Part shown: positions 13,723 through 26,950 of the stretch, piece after piece
Layout of the letters: each line of letters opens with the position of its first letter
Position numbering within the stretch: position 1 is the first letter of the stretch
DNA from: Octopus vulgaris
Taxonomy: Eukaryota
Length of the DNA stretch: 64,000 nt
Reading direction: 5' to 3'
Assembly (NCBI GenBank): GCA_951406725.2
Contig: OX597831.1
Coordinates: forward strand, 12,834,001-12,898,000
Made by a program: the position numbers and the translations under genes
The notes under the pieces: generated by a model
The model's input: only the letters and a program-made list of their open reading frames with translations
The model's database searches: none
What the model was told of the DNA's origin: nothing

Positions 13723-14521
13723 ACTATCTTTAATTAAGCTGAAGTTAGAAACAGATGCTTACAGCTGAAGTTAAGCTGGTGTTTCCTCCAACATGAAAAA
13801 AAAAATACCATTTAATTCTGTAATAAGCCATAAATATATTTCTGAAGGTTAAAACAGTGTCAGCTGAAGTGGTTTTCCATATGAAATTCTTAGCAACCAA
13901 TCAAAAATAAATATTTCAAGGATTCTTAAAATGCTAATATATTTTTAAAGATTGTTTATTAAATTTATTTATGAGAATGAAATGTTAGAAGCAAAAAAAA
14001 ACCCCAAAAAATACAATAACACAAAGTAAATATTTATAAAAACTGAACAACAATATTAATTTACAAGAATTCTGAAGAATACTTTCAGTTAGCCACCACC
14101 ATCATCATCATCATCATCATCATTATTATTTACAATATACATTGATTCATTGAAATATATTGTATTACTTTAAAATAAATATTAGAAAATACAAAAACTC
14201 GTTTTGAACAACTTGGTAACTAAGAATCAAGCTAAACAACATGGCAGATTATTACTTTCCAAATTATTAAACACATCTTTAAAGATGAAACAATATTTAC
14301 ATTTACACCAAAAGTGGTGAGCTGGCAGGATTGTTCACACACTTCACATTCTGTCCATGTTTATGTTCTGAGTTCAAATTACGCTAAGGTCAACTTTGCC
14401 TTTTATCATTCCAGCTTCAATCAAATAAGCACCAGTTGAGTTACTGGGGCCCGATGTAATCAATATACACCCACCCCTGAAATTGCTGGCTGTGTGCCAA
14501 AATTTGAAACCATCATCATCG

Positions 14522-14898
14522 TTATTACCTCCGGATTAATGAAGGTGGAGGTATTGTTTTCAGTTGTGTTTGTTTGTCTGTTTGTTTGTCCATGAACAAG
14601 ATATCTCAAGAACTGCTGGATGGATTCGAATGAAACTTTCGAGGATGTTTGGCCCCGTGACTGGCCCAAACTGATTAGATTTGGGGATTGATCTTGTACC
14701 AGACAAGGATTCTGGATTATTTTGCCTGTTTTGTTACTTAATTTTTGAGAGCACTCAGGTTCATTTTTAGTATTCTAGTTTGTGAGAGCAGTCGAGTTTA
14801 CTTTAGATATTCTCATTCTAAAAATCATCTCTGGTTAATCGTTGAGAGGACGTTGGTGTTGCTTTGGCGGAGGTTTGCTCTCTCTGAGAGCTCTTGTT
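14522..14898 (+). mobile_element. Helentron/DINE-1-like non-autonomous element
   Basis: 5' subTIR TTACCTCCG with a nearby inverted copy GGTGGAGGTA, a (GTTT/GTCT)n tract, 3' subTIR GGCGGAGGT, terminal stem-loop GCTCTC-tct-GAGAGC, and TT boundaries. Confidence 0.75.
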
Positions 14899-15454
14899 AT
14901 AATTGTTATTTATTTCTTTATTGCTCACAGGGGGCTAAACACAGAGGTGACAAACAAGGACAGACAAAGGATTTAAGTCGATTACACTGACCCCAGTGTG
15001 TAACTGGTGCTTATTTAATCGACCCCGAAAGGATGAAAGGCAAAGTTGACCTTGGCGGAATTTGAACTCAGAATGTAATGGCAGACGAAATACCGCTAAG
15101 CATTTTACCCAGCATGCTAACGACTCTGCTTATTATTATTATTATTATTATTATTATTGTTATTATTATAAGGCAATGAGCTACCAGAATCGTTAGCATG
15201 CCATGCAAAATGCTTAGCAGTTCTGAGTTCAAATTCCACTGAAGTCAACTTTGCCTTTCATCCTTTCAAGGTCAATGAAGCAGGTACCAGTTGCGTACTG
15301 GGGTCGATTTAATAGACTTAGTCCCTCCCTCATAACCGTTGGCTTTCTGCCACAATGTGAAACCAATATTTAAATTTCAACTGGTTTTATCTCCAATCAT
15401 CATCAAGTGATTCACACATTTGCTTCTTTTAATGGACTTATTCATATGGTTCTT

Positions 15455-16228
15455 TTAAACCATTTAGCATTCAGAATATTCTGTCAAATGTAATACTTAT
15501 TTATTACTCAGTGCGTGTAAGCAAAAGCAGGATATTGTAGTCGCTCACCTTTGTCTGTGTTTTTGCAAAATTACTGGAAAATGGTAGAATAGACTTTCAC
15601 CAAATTTTGCAGAAATACTCACTGGGTAAGTGACTCAAACTCATTAAATTTTGGTTTGATTATCTTCAAAACTGGTGGATGGGTGAATCAAAATGTTTTT
15701 TCTTTGATGTCATTTGGTTAAAATATGAATTCGTCTGAGAATATATTTATTAGAAGGCGGTGAGCTGGCAGAAACGTTAGCACGCCGGGCGAAATGCGTA
15801 GCCGTATTTCGTCCGCCGTTACGTTCTGAGTTCAAATTCCGCCGAGGTCGACTTTGCCTTTCATCCTTTCGGGGTCAATAAATAAAGTACCAGTTACGCA
15901 CTGGGGGTCAATGTAATCGACTTAATCCCTTTGTCTGTCCTTGTTTGTTCCCTCTATGTTTAGCCCTTTGTGGGCAGTAAAGAAATATATATTTATTAGA
16001 TTCAATTTTATTTTATCCTTGTGTGCGCACAGGATATGCATTGCCTCTCTGATACCTTTTTGTTTCATTCCTATTGCATTATCTTGTAGTTTCAGGACTT
16101 AGATGATGTGATTGTTTATCTTTAGAATGACATTGTAGGGTAGGTGTGAGAGGCCAGAACTGAGTTTGAACATAAAACAAGAAGAATATTTGGACCAGGT
16201 GTGACCAGATTAAATGCAAAAGGTTTAA
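15455..16228. mobile_element. TTAA-flanked MITE containing a nested Helentron-like element (about 15500-16065) and an S2 SINE
   Basis: TTAA at 15455-15458 and 16225-16228. TIRs ACCATTTAGCATT and (reverse complement) ACCTTTTGCATT. Confidence 0.6.
15756..15986 (+). mobile_element. S2 SINE, full length (reference copy; about 18 copies or fragments in the window)
   Basis: A-box-like GAGCTGGCAGAA and B-box GAGTTCAAATTCC. Core GCCTTTCATCCTTTCGGGGTC..AAGTACCAG resembles the MetaSINE domain. 14-bp target duplication ATATATTTATTAGA at 15741-15754 and 15987-16000. Confidence 0.92.
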
Positions 16229-17474
16229 TGGATTCATACACATACTTCTTTTAACAGTTCACACAAGTAGAATGGGTGGTACCTATGACATTTGCAGGCC
16301 CTACAAGACCGGTATAACTGATGCTTGTACAAAGATCAAAGGTTTAATGCTGTCTCTTGCAAATGGGTTCCATGAAAAAAGTCTGGGGTTCAGGGAGAGA
16401 AGGTATTTTTAAACAAAATTCAGTAAAACGTTTATTTTACAAACAAAGATATAAAAAAATGAAGAAAAGGAATTTATCATTTTAAAAATAATAAGTTATT
16501 ATATTATTATAATTAAATAAGTTCTTTCTTTATTACTTGGGAAAAACAGTCAGTTTCCTACAGGAATGGCCTCAAGCTATAAACCAATGTGTTAATGTTA
16601 TATTTGTTTAACCCCTGTTAAATTACGTTGGTGACGATAATTTACCCCTTTGCAATATAGGAAAGTATATTTTCCTCCTACTTCTCCTGGTCCTCCTCCT
16701 CGTCATCACATGTGCATATTCTATGTTGGCATGAAACGGATGGTTTGACAGGAACCAATGTGTCCAAGAACAATATATCATGCTCCAGTGTCTGTGTTGG
16801 CATGGTTTCTACTGCTGGATGCCCTTCCTAACACCATCCACTTTACAGTCTGTACTGGATGTCTTCCCTGCAGTGAATTGATGACAGTGAACTTTCCCTG
16901 AGGTGAAACGATGATGGTGAACTTACCGGACATGAAGTGTGAGAGTAAATATATATTAAGTAAGAGGCAATGTGTATCACAAACACAGGGTAATCCTTGA
17001 TATTCACTAGATCTAGGCATGGTGGCCATTGCTGGAATGCATTTGAGCATAGATCTGTTCAATGAAGGGTGATCTGGTGCTAAACATCCACAGATAAAAT
17101 ACTCTTCTTCAAAGTATTTACTAATTAATAAACTAAATTTAGAAACCAAAGAAAAAATACAAATGAAAATAAATAAAAACAAAATAAATTAAATTAAATA
17201 ATTTTTTTTTCGGAGAAAGACATAGTTGTGAAAGAAATTGAAAGCATTTCTTTACCAAGTTTTTCTAGAAAATTTATAAACAATGTCTAATAGTATATGT
17301 TACATAAGGAATGATATAAAAATAGAAGAGAGATGGCTTTAAAAGCTTATCAGCAAAGAAAGTGATAGGCAAGTGGATGTCTCTTAACAAATGACCATGT
17401 TGTTTAGCATGTCATGAAATGGGTTGGGTTGGTTGATAGATTTATTTACACATTATATAAACTAATTAAACTAT

Positions 17475-17816
17475 AGGTACAGGCATGGCTGTGTGGCAAG
17501 TAGCTTGCTTACTGACCACATGGCTCTGGGTTCAGTCTCACTGTGTGGTACCTTGGGTGTCGTCTACTATAGCCTCAGGCCGACTAAAGCCTTGTGAGTA
17601 GATTTGGTAGAAGGAAACTGAAAGAAGCCCATTGTATATATATGTGTGTGTGTCTGTGTTTGTCCCACAACCAATGTTGGTGTGTTTACGTTCCTGTAAC
17701 TTAGCAGTTCGGCAAAAGAGACCAATAGAATAAGTACCGGGCTTACAAAGAATGTAGTGCTCCAGCATGGCTGCAGTCAAATGACTGAAACAAGTAAAAG
17801 AATAAAAGAAATAAAA

Positions 17817-17820
<4 letters not shown>
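17475..17820 (+). mobile_element. S1 SINE with internal deletions
   Basis: Colinear with 62905-63340. Confidence 0.85.
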
Positions 17821-17849
<29 letters not shown>

Positions 17850-18204
17850 TATACACACACACATTGTGAAGATGTGTGGGCTAGTGGTTAGGGGATATTG
17901 TACTCATGATTATGAGTTCATGGGGTCGATTCCTGGACAAGGTGGCATGTTGTGTTCTTCAGAAATACACTTTATTTCACGTTGCTTCAGTTCATTCAGT
18001 TGTAAATGGGACACACTCTGATGGAGTGGCTTTTTGATCAAGGGGGAACACTGGCCTGCTCACCTAAGCCAGAGGGGGTGGTGTCATTTGAAAGCTAAAA
18101 CAATGCAAAGTGCATTATGACCAGTGATGTGCAACAACATCCAACAGTCTAGACAATACCATGATATGTGCGTGTGTATGTGTGTGTGCGTGAGATGTGT
18201 GTAT

Positions 18205-19376
18205 ATAATGGGTGGAATGGGTAAATTGTTTTTATTCTATAGTTTTAATTTCATGTGTGTGCATTGTTTTTGATTTGTCAACTACACAATATAGCAGAGT
18301 CAGTTGGGTACTGTCTGTGAGAAAAACAGCACCATGACACAATTCCCTCTACCAAAAATTTGGAAACAACATGCTGTACTGCTTGGCATTTGTCTTGGAA
18401 TCTCCAATACAAACAGATGGTGAACACATGAAACAACTGTTGGCTTGATGTGTCCCCAAAACATGTACTGAGTGTGATAAAAATCAAACATCAAGTCAAC
18501 GTCATGGTGTTTGAATGCTTGCATTCATCTTCCCACATGGCCTTAAACTCAGCATGGAGGCCTACATCAAGTGCCTGGGAAAAAGGATGGTTGCTGGAAG
18601 ACCCTCTGTCTGGCAACAGGATTCTGCTCTATGCCACACAAGTAGGAGAACCCAGTCATCGCTGTCTCAATTTCTACAACCACATCACCCCTAACATTTG
18701 GCCACCTAACTCCCCAGACTACAACTCCCTTAATTATTATGTGTGGAGTGCAGCCGAGTGGAGAGACCAACAAAACTCCTTGTAACACTAAAGAGGAACT
18801 GAAGACAAGGATTATGACAACATTCACCAACTCAAACAAGGAAACCATCCAGAAGAGTTGCAGGAGATCCCAAAGTCATCTGGAGGCTGTGGTCGAAGCT
18901 AATGGCGATTTTATTGAATAAATTTACTCTTTAGTATTTCAAGATATTTTTATGTAATTTTGCACCATGCCACACAAGCAGGAGAATCCAGTCATAGCTG
19001 TCAGACAATTTCTGTGACCACATCAGCCCTAACATTTGGCCACCTAACTCCCCAGACTACAACTCCCTTAATTATTATGTGTGGAGTGCAGCCGAGTGGA
19101 GAGACCAACAAAACTCCTTGTAACACCAAAGATGAACTGAAGGCAAAGATTATAGCAGCATTCACCAACTTAAACAAAGAGACTGTCCAGAAGAGTTGCA
19201 GGAGATTCCAAAGTTGTCTGGAGGCTGTGGTTGAAGCCAATGGAAATTTTACTGAATAAATTTAATCTTTAGTATTTCAAGATATTTTTTATGTAATTTT
19301 GGCAAATATATCTGTTAAAATTAGATGTCAGTGTAATTTTCATTTTTGGCCAGTTTAGACAACAATTTATTCACCG

Positions 19377-19380
<4 letters not shown>
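18205..19380 (+). mobile_element. Decayed Tc1/mariner transposon, DD37D (maT) type, with tandem duplication of the 3' third
   Basis: Reconstructed QQDSAPCHTSRR..IWPPNSPDYNSL(N)YYVW has 37 residues between the second D and the third catalytic position. C-terminus CRRFQSCLEAVVEANG. 18625-18960 is repeated at 18961-19299. Contains stops and frameshifts. Confidence 0.85.
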
Positions 19381-19412
<32 letters not shown>

Positions 19413-21524
19413 AAATCTTCAAGGCAGTTCCCCAGCATGGCCACAGTCTAAATGAATGGAATATTTAAAAGAAAAGAGAGAGAGAAAGAAAGGGATTTAT
19501 TGAGTGACAGCAGGAGGGAGAGAGGGAGGGAGTCAATATCATTATGCAACAATACACTGTTGAAGAATTAGTCAATACATTATAAGAGATGGGAAGCCAG
19601 AGAATTCTTGTGAAGTTCTACTTTAGTAAAATGGTAAATGCAAACTGCAAGAGCATTACAGGATTTCTTAAGAGCTTTTATTGAACAAGAAAGGTTTGCT
19701 GTTGGATTGGAATAACATGACATCAAATAGGCATAATAGTTAAGCATTTAAGAATTTTAGAAATAAATATTCTTTCAGAGCTTTAGAATATTTTAGATAA
19801 AAATTTATATTTATGGATAGCACACGTTCACACATACACACATACACAAATATGTATATGTATTAATACAGAGAACATAGATATATACACATGTGTGTTT
19901 ATGTTTACATGCACACACACTCACGTATTTATACACATAATAGACACACACCACACCACACACATACACACACCATGTTCTTTCATTCATTTACTGCTTA
20001 TGTATTGAAAATACTTGTATTTGGTTCCAGCATGGAAATGAATAAAAGAAGGCGAAGGAAACAGCAGAAAGTGAAAGAATCTGACAATGATAGCCATAAG
20101 TAGATGCGTAAAAGTACATTGGATAAGAGAAAGAGGAAAAATAAATAGAGACGAAATAGGCACAGGCAGGGCTGTGTGATAAAGGAGCTTGCTTCCCAAC
20201 CACATGGTTCCAGGTTCAGTACCATTGTGTGACACCTTGGGCAAGTATCTTCTACTATAACCTCGTGCTGACCAAAACTTTGCGAGTGGATCTTGTAGAC
20301 GGAAACTGAAAGAAGCCCATCATATCATCATCATCATTTAACGTCCACTTTCCATGCTGGCATGGGTTGGACAGTTTGAATGAGGACTGACAAGCCAGGA
20401 GGCTGCAGCAGGTTACAATCTGATCTGGCAAGCATTCTAGGAAGGACATCCAGCTGTAGAAACCTTGTCATGTTTATGTGTGTCTTTGTGTCTGTGTTCC
20501 CCACCCCACCTCATCACTTGACAACCGATGTTGGGGTGTTTACATCCCCATAGCTTAGTGGTTCAGCAAAAAGAGACCGTTAGAATAAGTACTAGGTATA
20601 CAAAGAATAAGTCCTAGGGTCAATTTGTTCAACTAAATTTGTTCAACCATGCTCCAGCATGGCCACAATCGAATGACTGAAACAAGAGAGTAAATGAGTC
20701 AAAGAAAGGCCACATGGACATGTCAGGAATGGCAGCAAGATGTTTTGAGAAGCACGGAGTCTGTGATGACCTAACAGCTAACAATCAATGCAAATGGTCT
20801 CTTCCATAAGCACCCCCGAATGGTTTTTGCCTCCACCAAATTTTATATACACCCATACCAGTGACACATTAGAGGAACCCGTGTCAATGACATGTGAGAG
20901 ATACCCAGTACACTCTGGGGGAAGGGTTGGCATTAGGAAGGGCATCCAGCCATAAAAACCAAGCTAAAACAGATCAGTGCCTGGTACAGCTCTCCTGTTG
21001 ATCAGTCATGGTCAAACTTATGCCAGCATGGAAAATGGACGTATGATGATGATGATGGTGATGATGAAGACAGAGATTGCCCCAAAGCAATGGCTGAAGA
21101 CACTTCCTCTGTATGTCGTGAGATCGAACCAGAGACATACAAATGTTTGTTTGTGACGCTAACTCACTTTTTCGCTACACATCCATGCTTCTACTCTCAG
21201 TAAGCGTTCAAAATGTTCCAGTAGCACACTCGTGTGCATGTTACAGTTCTCATCACCGGCAACACCAACGACATTAACAACAACTACATAAATAATTTAA
21301 ATTAGCATTATATAATGTTACTTCAGGAGAAACAGCTCAGAAAATAAAGAAAAACAAAGTGGAAAATGACTGAAATAGAAATGACACACAAAGTATCTAT
21401 CAAATACATATCTATTTGTGGTAATTATTCCCAGGATATATATATACACATATATAAATATATATATATATATATAAATATTCATATATGTATTTAGATA
21501 TATATGTATGTATATGTGTGTGTG

Positions 21525-21557
<33 letters not shown>

Positions 21558-22669
21558 ATATCTATCTTTATATATATATATATATGTGTGTATGTGTATG
21601 TATGTATATATAGATATAGATACACCTACACACACCCACACCCACACACACATATATATACACACACACATATACACACATCTATACATATACTCATACT
21701 GGTATTGATGCCAAGCTAAGGATGAATAATGGTCATGATGGTAATAATGATGATCATACAAAATTAATACGGAAAACAATTCCATTTCACTAAGTACTGC
21801 CTTCCTTCTTTTATTATTCATTTCTATCACTTTTTTCCTTTTTATTTTATTTTATGTAAATAATAAATGAAATGATATAAAATAATATCGATTCTTTTTT
21901 TTTTTAAACAATTACCAAACATTGAATTCTGGTTGGTATACCAAATCTAAAACTAAATTCTGGTCTAGGAATGTATGTAGTTAATTGAATTAATCCTACT
22001 GAACGCTAGACAAAGTGTCTTGTGGTATAAATTAACAACCCTTATACTTATATATCAACCTACTAGAAATAGCAGCCAAACCTTCCTGAAATAATATCAT
22101 AATATTTTTAAAAAAAACAAACAACTAGGACGAAACTTTCTGACAACAAACCTATTCATGATAAAACAGTAATAGTGACATTATGACTGACAGCTTACCG
22201 CTTCCACAACTACTACGACTACAATTTAGGATACAGCTATTTATATTGCAAAAAGTAGATAATTTTCTAAATTCTAGAGGTCAGTAGTGCCACACGTATA
22301 TCTTCTGGTAAGTCACTTCTAATAATTCTTCAAGAATATAGGATTCTAGGATTCTGATTCTGTCTCACTAGATTTCCTTAATATCAGTGAAAGCAGTAAC
22401 ATACAAAGCTGTTTTATAAGTCATTGAATAATCTAATTACTGTGTAAGCAGTTTTCCTGGGGCGGGAGATAAATCACACATGCACAAATTGACAGACCAG
22501 CAAACCAACCGACTGACAAATAGATGTATACTGTTTATATTCAAAGAACTAGAATCTTTGAGAGACCTGAAATAAATTGCCTTTAATGGTCGAAGTCAAA
22601 GAAGTCAAATCTACAAAAATAATTGGATGCAAGTGTAGTACGAGGTCTACCACGGTGTCAAACAGGGTT

Positions 22670-23185
22670 ATTTACCTTATCTTTCAGATATTTCAAGATA
22701 TTTCAGAGATAAAACACTTCGGATATTTCAGAGATCATTTTTTTCAGAGTCATGGGTTTTAGCATCCAACCATGATCACTCAATGGCCTGAGTGTGTGCT
22801 CCAATCACTGGATCCACATAATGTCGTTGACGGTTCACTGTCGTCAGATGGTGATAACCTATGGCATTGAAATTATTATAAGTGGGCCACTTATCTGAAT
22901 GAATTAGTGAGCCTTTATCATATTCTCTTTCAATAAATGGAATCAGACTGTTCCCACCACGCCGTTCCACAGAAAAATATCGTCAGTCTGAGCCTTATAT
23001 GAGACCAAAAACCCACGGCCGATCAATTCTACATCCATGGTTCCTGTTGTTTCGTTGTTCTGCATCACTGTCTTCAAAGAGAGGAGCATTGTTGTCATTA
23101 AGCATTCTTCCTCAACTGTGATTTCATTGACCAGCAAATCTTTCTTCGTCAATCTGAATGGGGTCCTCATTCCAACCATCTTCTA
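22670..23185 (-). mobile_element. Merlin (IS1016/ISXO2-like) transposase pseudogene fragment
   Basis: Motifs QIDE, PWVFG, IHSDKWPTYNN and TVNRQRHYVDPVIGAHTQAIE occur across shifted frames. Confidence 0.85.
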
Positions 23186-23186
23186 G

Positions 23187-23701
23187 CATCTGTACTAGCG
23201 GGGTACAAAAAGCACCATACGAGTGTGATTGTTGACAGAGCGGCTAACCGGCTTCTGTGCCAGAGGCACATAAAAGGCAACGTTCGAGTGTGATCATTAC
23301 CAGCGTCGCCATACTGGCACTTGTGCCTGTGCTAGTAGGGTGCCAAGAGCACCATCCGAGCATGATCGTTGCCAGAGCAGCCAACTGGCTTCCATGCCGG
23401 TGGCACGTAAAAGGACACCATTTGAACGCGATCGTTACCAACATTGCCTTACTGGCACCTGGGCTGGTGGCATGTGTAAAAAGATTCAAGCAAGGTCATT
23501 GCCAGTACCACCTGACTGGCCCACATAAAAAGCACCCACTACACTCTCGGAGTGGTTGGCGTTAAGAAGGGCATCCAGCTGTAGAAACTCTGCCAGATCA
23601 AGACTGGAGCCTGGTGCAGCCATCTGGTTTGCCAGCCCTCAGTCAAACCATCCAACCCATGCTAGCATGGAAAGCTGACGTTAAACGATGATGATGATGA
23701 T
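23187..23701 (+). mobile_element. S5 retroposon: ~64-bp minisatellite body plus conserved 3' end with (GAT)n tail
   Basis: About five units of AAAAGCACCATTCGAGCGTGATCGTTGCCAG-like sequence, then GGCATCCAGCTGTAGAAAC..CCATGCTAGCATGG..TTAAACGATGATG. Similar copies at 54580-54865, 56571-56760 (minus) and 57165-57560. Confidence 0.85.
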
Positions 23702-23944
23702 TTATAGCTTTATCTCCAAAAAGTCCCCTCATTAAAGGTGATATATATTTTCTAGCATGATCCGGTTTTTAATGACTAGCTAGATAAATAAATAAATAAA
23801 TAAATGATATACGTTAATAGTTATTGCCAAGCTAACATGGCAGACCAGGAAAATAGGACAAATGCTTCTGTTGATTAGCTCCAAGAGTCCATCACCTTTA
23901 GCAAGCTATGTGACACACGAACCTGTGTCCATTATAACCTTCAG

Positions 23945-24300
23945 AATTATAATAATAATGAAATTATTGTGTACGGTGCTCAGGTGCACTACAACTCATC
24001 AAAGGTACAGTGCATAGGATTTTGTACAAAAGTCAGGAAAGTGGACAGCATAAGAGTCATGATATACATGTGTGCATGTGTATGGAGTAGGGTGAGGATA
24101 TCAGGTGTGGTGTTGGCACATTTCAAGAAGCATGGAGGTTTTAAAGGATGCAACGTCACAGCAACTAACAACTGATGCAGGTAGTTTGTTCCATGCTTCA
24201 GCAACTCTGAGTGTGAAAAAATGTTTCCAAAAGTTATGGGAGCTGTGCTGTTTTCTGACTTTGTAGGCATGGCCACATGTGTTAGACACATGGAGCTCAA
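23945..24300 (-). mobile_element. CR1-clade LINE 3' end
   Basis: Translates TCGHAYKVRKQ..KHFFTLRVAEAWNKLPASVV..VASFK (TRGH/FF.RV..WN.LP motif), followed by a short 3' UTR and an (ATT)n tail. Confidence 0.85.
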
Positions 24301-24447
24301 AAAGGTGCTCAAGGTGGTTGTTAGTATAATGGCTAATAATTTAAGTCAGTATATATATATATATATATATATATATAATGATACTATACTAGTTCCACAT
24401 CCTCACGTTGTTGTGTTTTCTCTTTGTGCTTTCATGTTTGGATTAAC

Positions 24448-24489
<42 letters not shown>

Positions 24490-24490
<1 letters not shown>

Positions 24491-24890
24491 TTTTTACTTA
24501 CTTGTTTCAGCCATTTGACTGTGGCCATGCTGGAGCACTGAACCCCAGAACTTATTCTTTGTAAGCCTAGTACTTATTCTATCAGTCACTTTTGTCAAAC
24601 CACTAAGTTACAAGGATGTAAACACACCGCCATCAGTTGTCAAGCGATGTTGGTGGTAGGGGGGACAAACACAGACACACAAACGTGTACACACACATAC
24701 ACATGTATATATATATATATACGACAGGCTTTTTTCAGTTACTGTCTACCAAATCCACTCACAAGGCTTTGGTCAGTCAGAGGCTATAGTAGAGGACACT
24801 TGCCCAAGGTGCCATGCAGTGTGAGAATGAACCCAGAACCATGTGGTTGGTAAGCAAGCTACTTACCGCACAGCCACTCCTGCACCTATA
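24490..24890 (-). mobile_element. S1 SINE
   Basis: Reverse complement of the reference copy. Confidence 0.85.
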
Positions 24891-25129
24891 TATATATATA
24901 TATATATATATATTTACATATATATAATTGCTGAACAACATCCTCATCATGGTATTTCATTAACAAGATAAATATCAGTTGATGTCACTAATTGTCAGCC
25001 TAATTCGTTTACTCCCATTCATATTACTTTGTTTATTTTAGCAATACTGAATAAACAATCAGGTTATCATTTTAGTCAAGGACAATGACAGATGAAAGCA
25101 ATGTCAGAACACCAAGCAACGAGGGGTGA

Positions 25130-26105
25130 AGCTTCCAATGAGGTAGTGTGGCCGGTGAGAAATAGCAACCTAATTTTCCTCAAATCATTGCCTAGTGTCC
25201 TAAACAGGACGCATAAGATGATGTAGTCTGGTATACAGAGTGACTGAATAAAGGTGAGGTCGTCATGGTTGGAATGAGTATGATCATAGGACTGCTCATT
25301 AAGGGTTGGCTATACAACAAGAACGTGGAGGCGCAATGGCCCAGTGGTTAGGGCAGCAGACTCGCAGTTGGAGGATTGCAGTTTCGATTCCCAGACCGGG
25401 TGTTGTGTGTGTTTATTGAGCGAAAACACCTGATGCTGCACAAGGCTCCGGCAGGGGATAGTGGCGACCCCTGTTGTACTCATTCACCCCAACTTTCTCT
25501 CACTCTTTCTTCCTGTTTCTTGAGTAACGCTGCGATGGACTGGTACCCCGTCCAGCTGGGGGGAACACATACGCCATAGAAACCAGGCCCATGAGCCTGG
25601 CTAGGCTTGAAAAGGGCAAAAAAAAATGTTTTTTAATAAAACCACAACCACTGTTGTGAGGAGTATGACAGCTATGATGGAGCCTCTGTGCAGTCATTCA
25701 AGCTGTTAGAAATAGCAGCTGAATCACACTCAAATCCCAGTCTACTGTCTTAAAAAGGATACATTCAGAAATGTAGTCTGGCATGCATGACTGGATAGAG
25801 ATGAAATGGCCATGGTTGGAATGCTTAGGATCATAGGACTGTTCATTCAATGTTGACCAGAGGTTAAACAATAATAACATGACAATTGTGATAAGGTAGC
25901 CTCTATGCGGTCAATCAATCTGCTAGAAACAGCAGTTGAATCTTCCTCAACTCATACCTCACTCACTTAGAAAAGGACAGGACATATTAGACAATGATAT
26001 CCTGGTTTCCTCTGCATAGAGGAACTGTCACAGGATGGTCATAACCAGAACACCTTTCATTATAAATCTACTCTGTCAGGCCTGACTTGTAGCTAATCAA
26101 CAAAA
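25130..26105 (+). repeat. Three head-to-tail degenerate copies of the ~210-bp S6 repeat, interrupted by an S3 SINE
   Basis: GAAATAGCAGC..CTCAAATC..GTCATGGTTGGAAT..GATCATAGG..(CAA)n recurs at about 25130, 25670 and 25895. The motif also appears at about 5660, 22065, 36670, 36845, 52720, 58525, 60305 and 62500. Confidence 0.7.
25325..25626 (+). mobile_element. S3 tRNA-derived SINE
   Basis: A box TGGCCCAGTGG, B box GTTTCGATTCC and an A-rich tail. Other copies at 46100-46388 (minus), 53895-54180 and 60441-60608 (minus). Confidence 0.85.
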
Positions 26106-26329
26106 AAGTATTATAATCGGTTCATTAGCAAACTAATTAATTAGCTTAGCTATTCTCTTTTGTTACTTCTAAAATATAAAATTTCATGTGCATAATTGCT
26201 TCACATACCAACATTTCTTCCGATGAGTGCAAGTAACCTTCTTTTCACATTCAGTAAGGTTATTATTATCGTTATCATTATCATGTATATTATTATTATT
26301 ATTATTATTATTATTATCATCATCATCAA

Positions 26330-26730
26330 GGCGGCAAACTGGCAGAATCGTTAGCATGCCGGGCGAAATACTTAGCGGTATTTCGTCTGCCGTTATGTTC
26401 TGAGTTCGAATTCCGCTGAGGTCGACTTTGTCTTTTATCCTTTCGGGGTTGATAAATTAAGTACCAGTTATGCACTGGGGTCTATGTAATTGACTTAATC
26501 CGTTTGTCTGTCCTTGTTCGTCCCCTCTGTGTTTAGCCCCTTGTGGGTAGTAAAGAAATAGGTATTTCTTCTGTCCTCACATTCTGAGTTCAAATTCCAT
26601 TTGAGGTCGACTTTGCCTTTCATCCTTTCAAGGTCGATAAATTAAGTACCAGTTGAGTACTGGGGTCAATGTAATCAACTAGTCCCTCCCACCAAAATAT
26701 CAGGCCTTGTGGCTATAGTAAAAAGGGTTG
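26330..26730 (+). mobile_element. S2 SINE dimer
   Basis: A full unit is joined at GAAATA|GGTATTTC (26555-26568) to a headless unit that has an alternative tail. Confidence 0.85.
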
Positions 26731-26744
26731 TTATTATTATTATT

Positions 26745-26950
26745 ATTGTTCAGTAGTTTTATTTTTATAGCGTGCTTTCACTTCACTACCGAGTGCAGCT
26801 CTGTGTGCCTTGGATACGTGTTGTGATTTGTTGTGATGCTCTGATGGTTACTGCATTGAAAGTGTTTTGCGTAGGATGTGTGCAGTGCCTAGTAGTGCAA
26901 TTTTCTGTATGTTATATGTGTTTGTAAGTCCTGGTGTTTTGTTATGTATT
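26745..26950 (-). mobile_element. R4/Dong-clade 3' end
   Basis: Translates TPGLTNTYNIQKIALLGTAHILRKTLSMQ-stop, then a short UTR ending in (AAT)n. Flanked by (ATT)n on both sides. Confidence 0.85.

Noticed and set aside
25325-25400. tRNA-like heads of S1-S4 as tRNA genes
   Set aside because: They lack a complete acceptor stem and continue into multi-copy SINE bodies.
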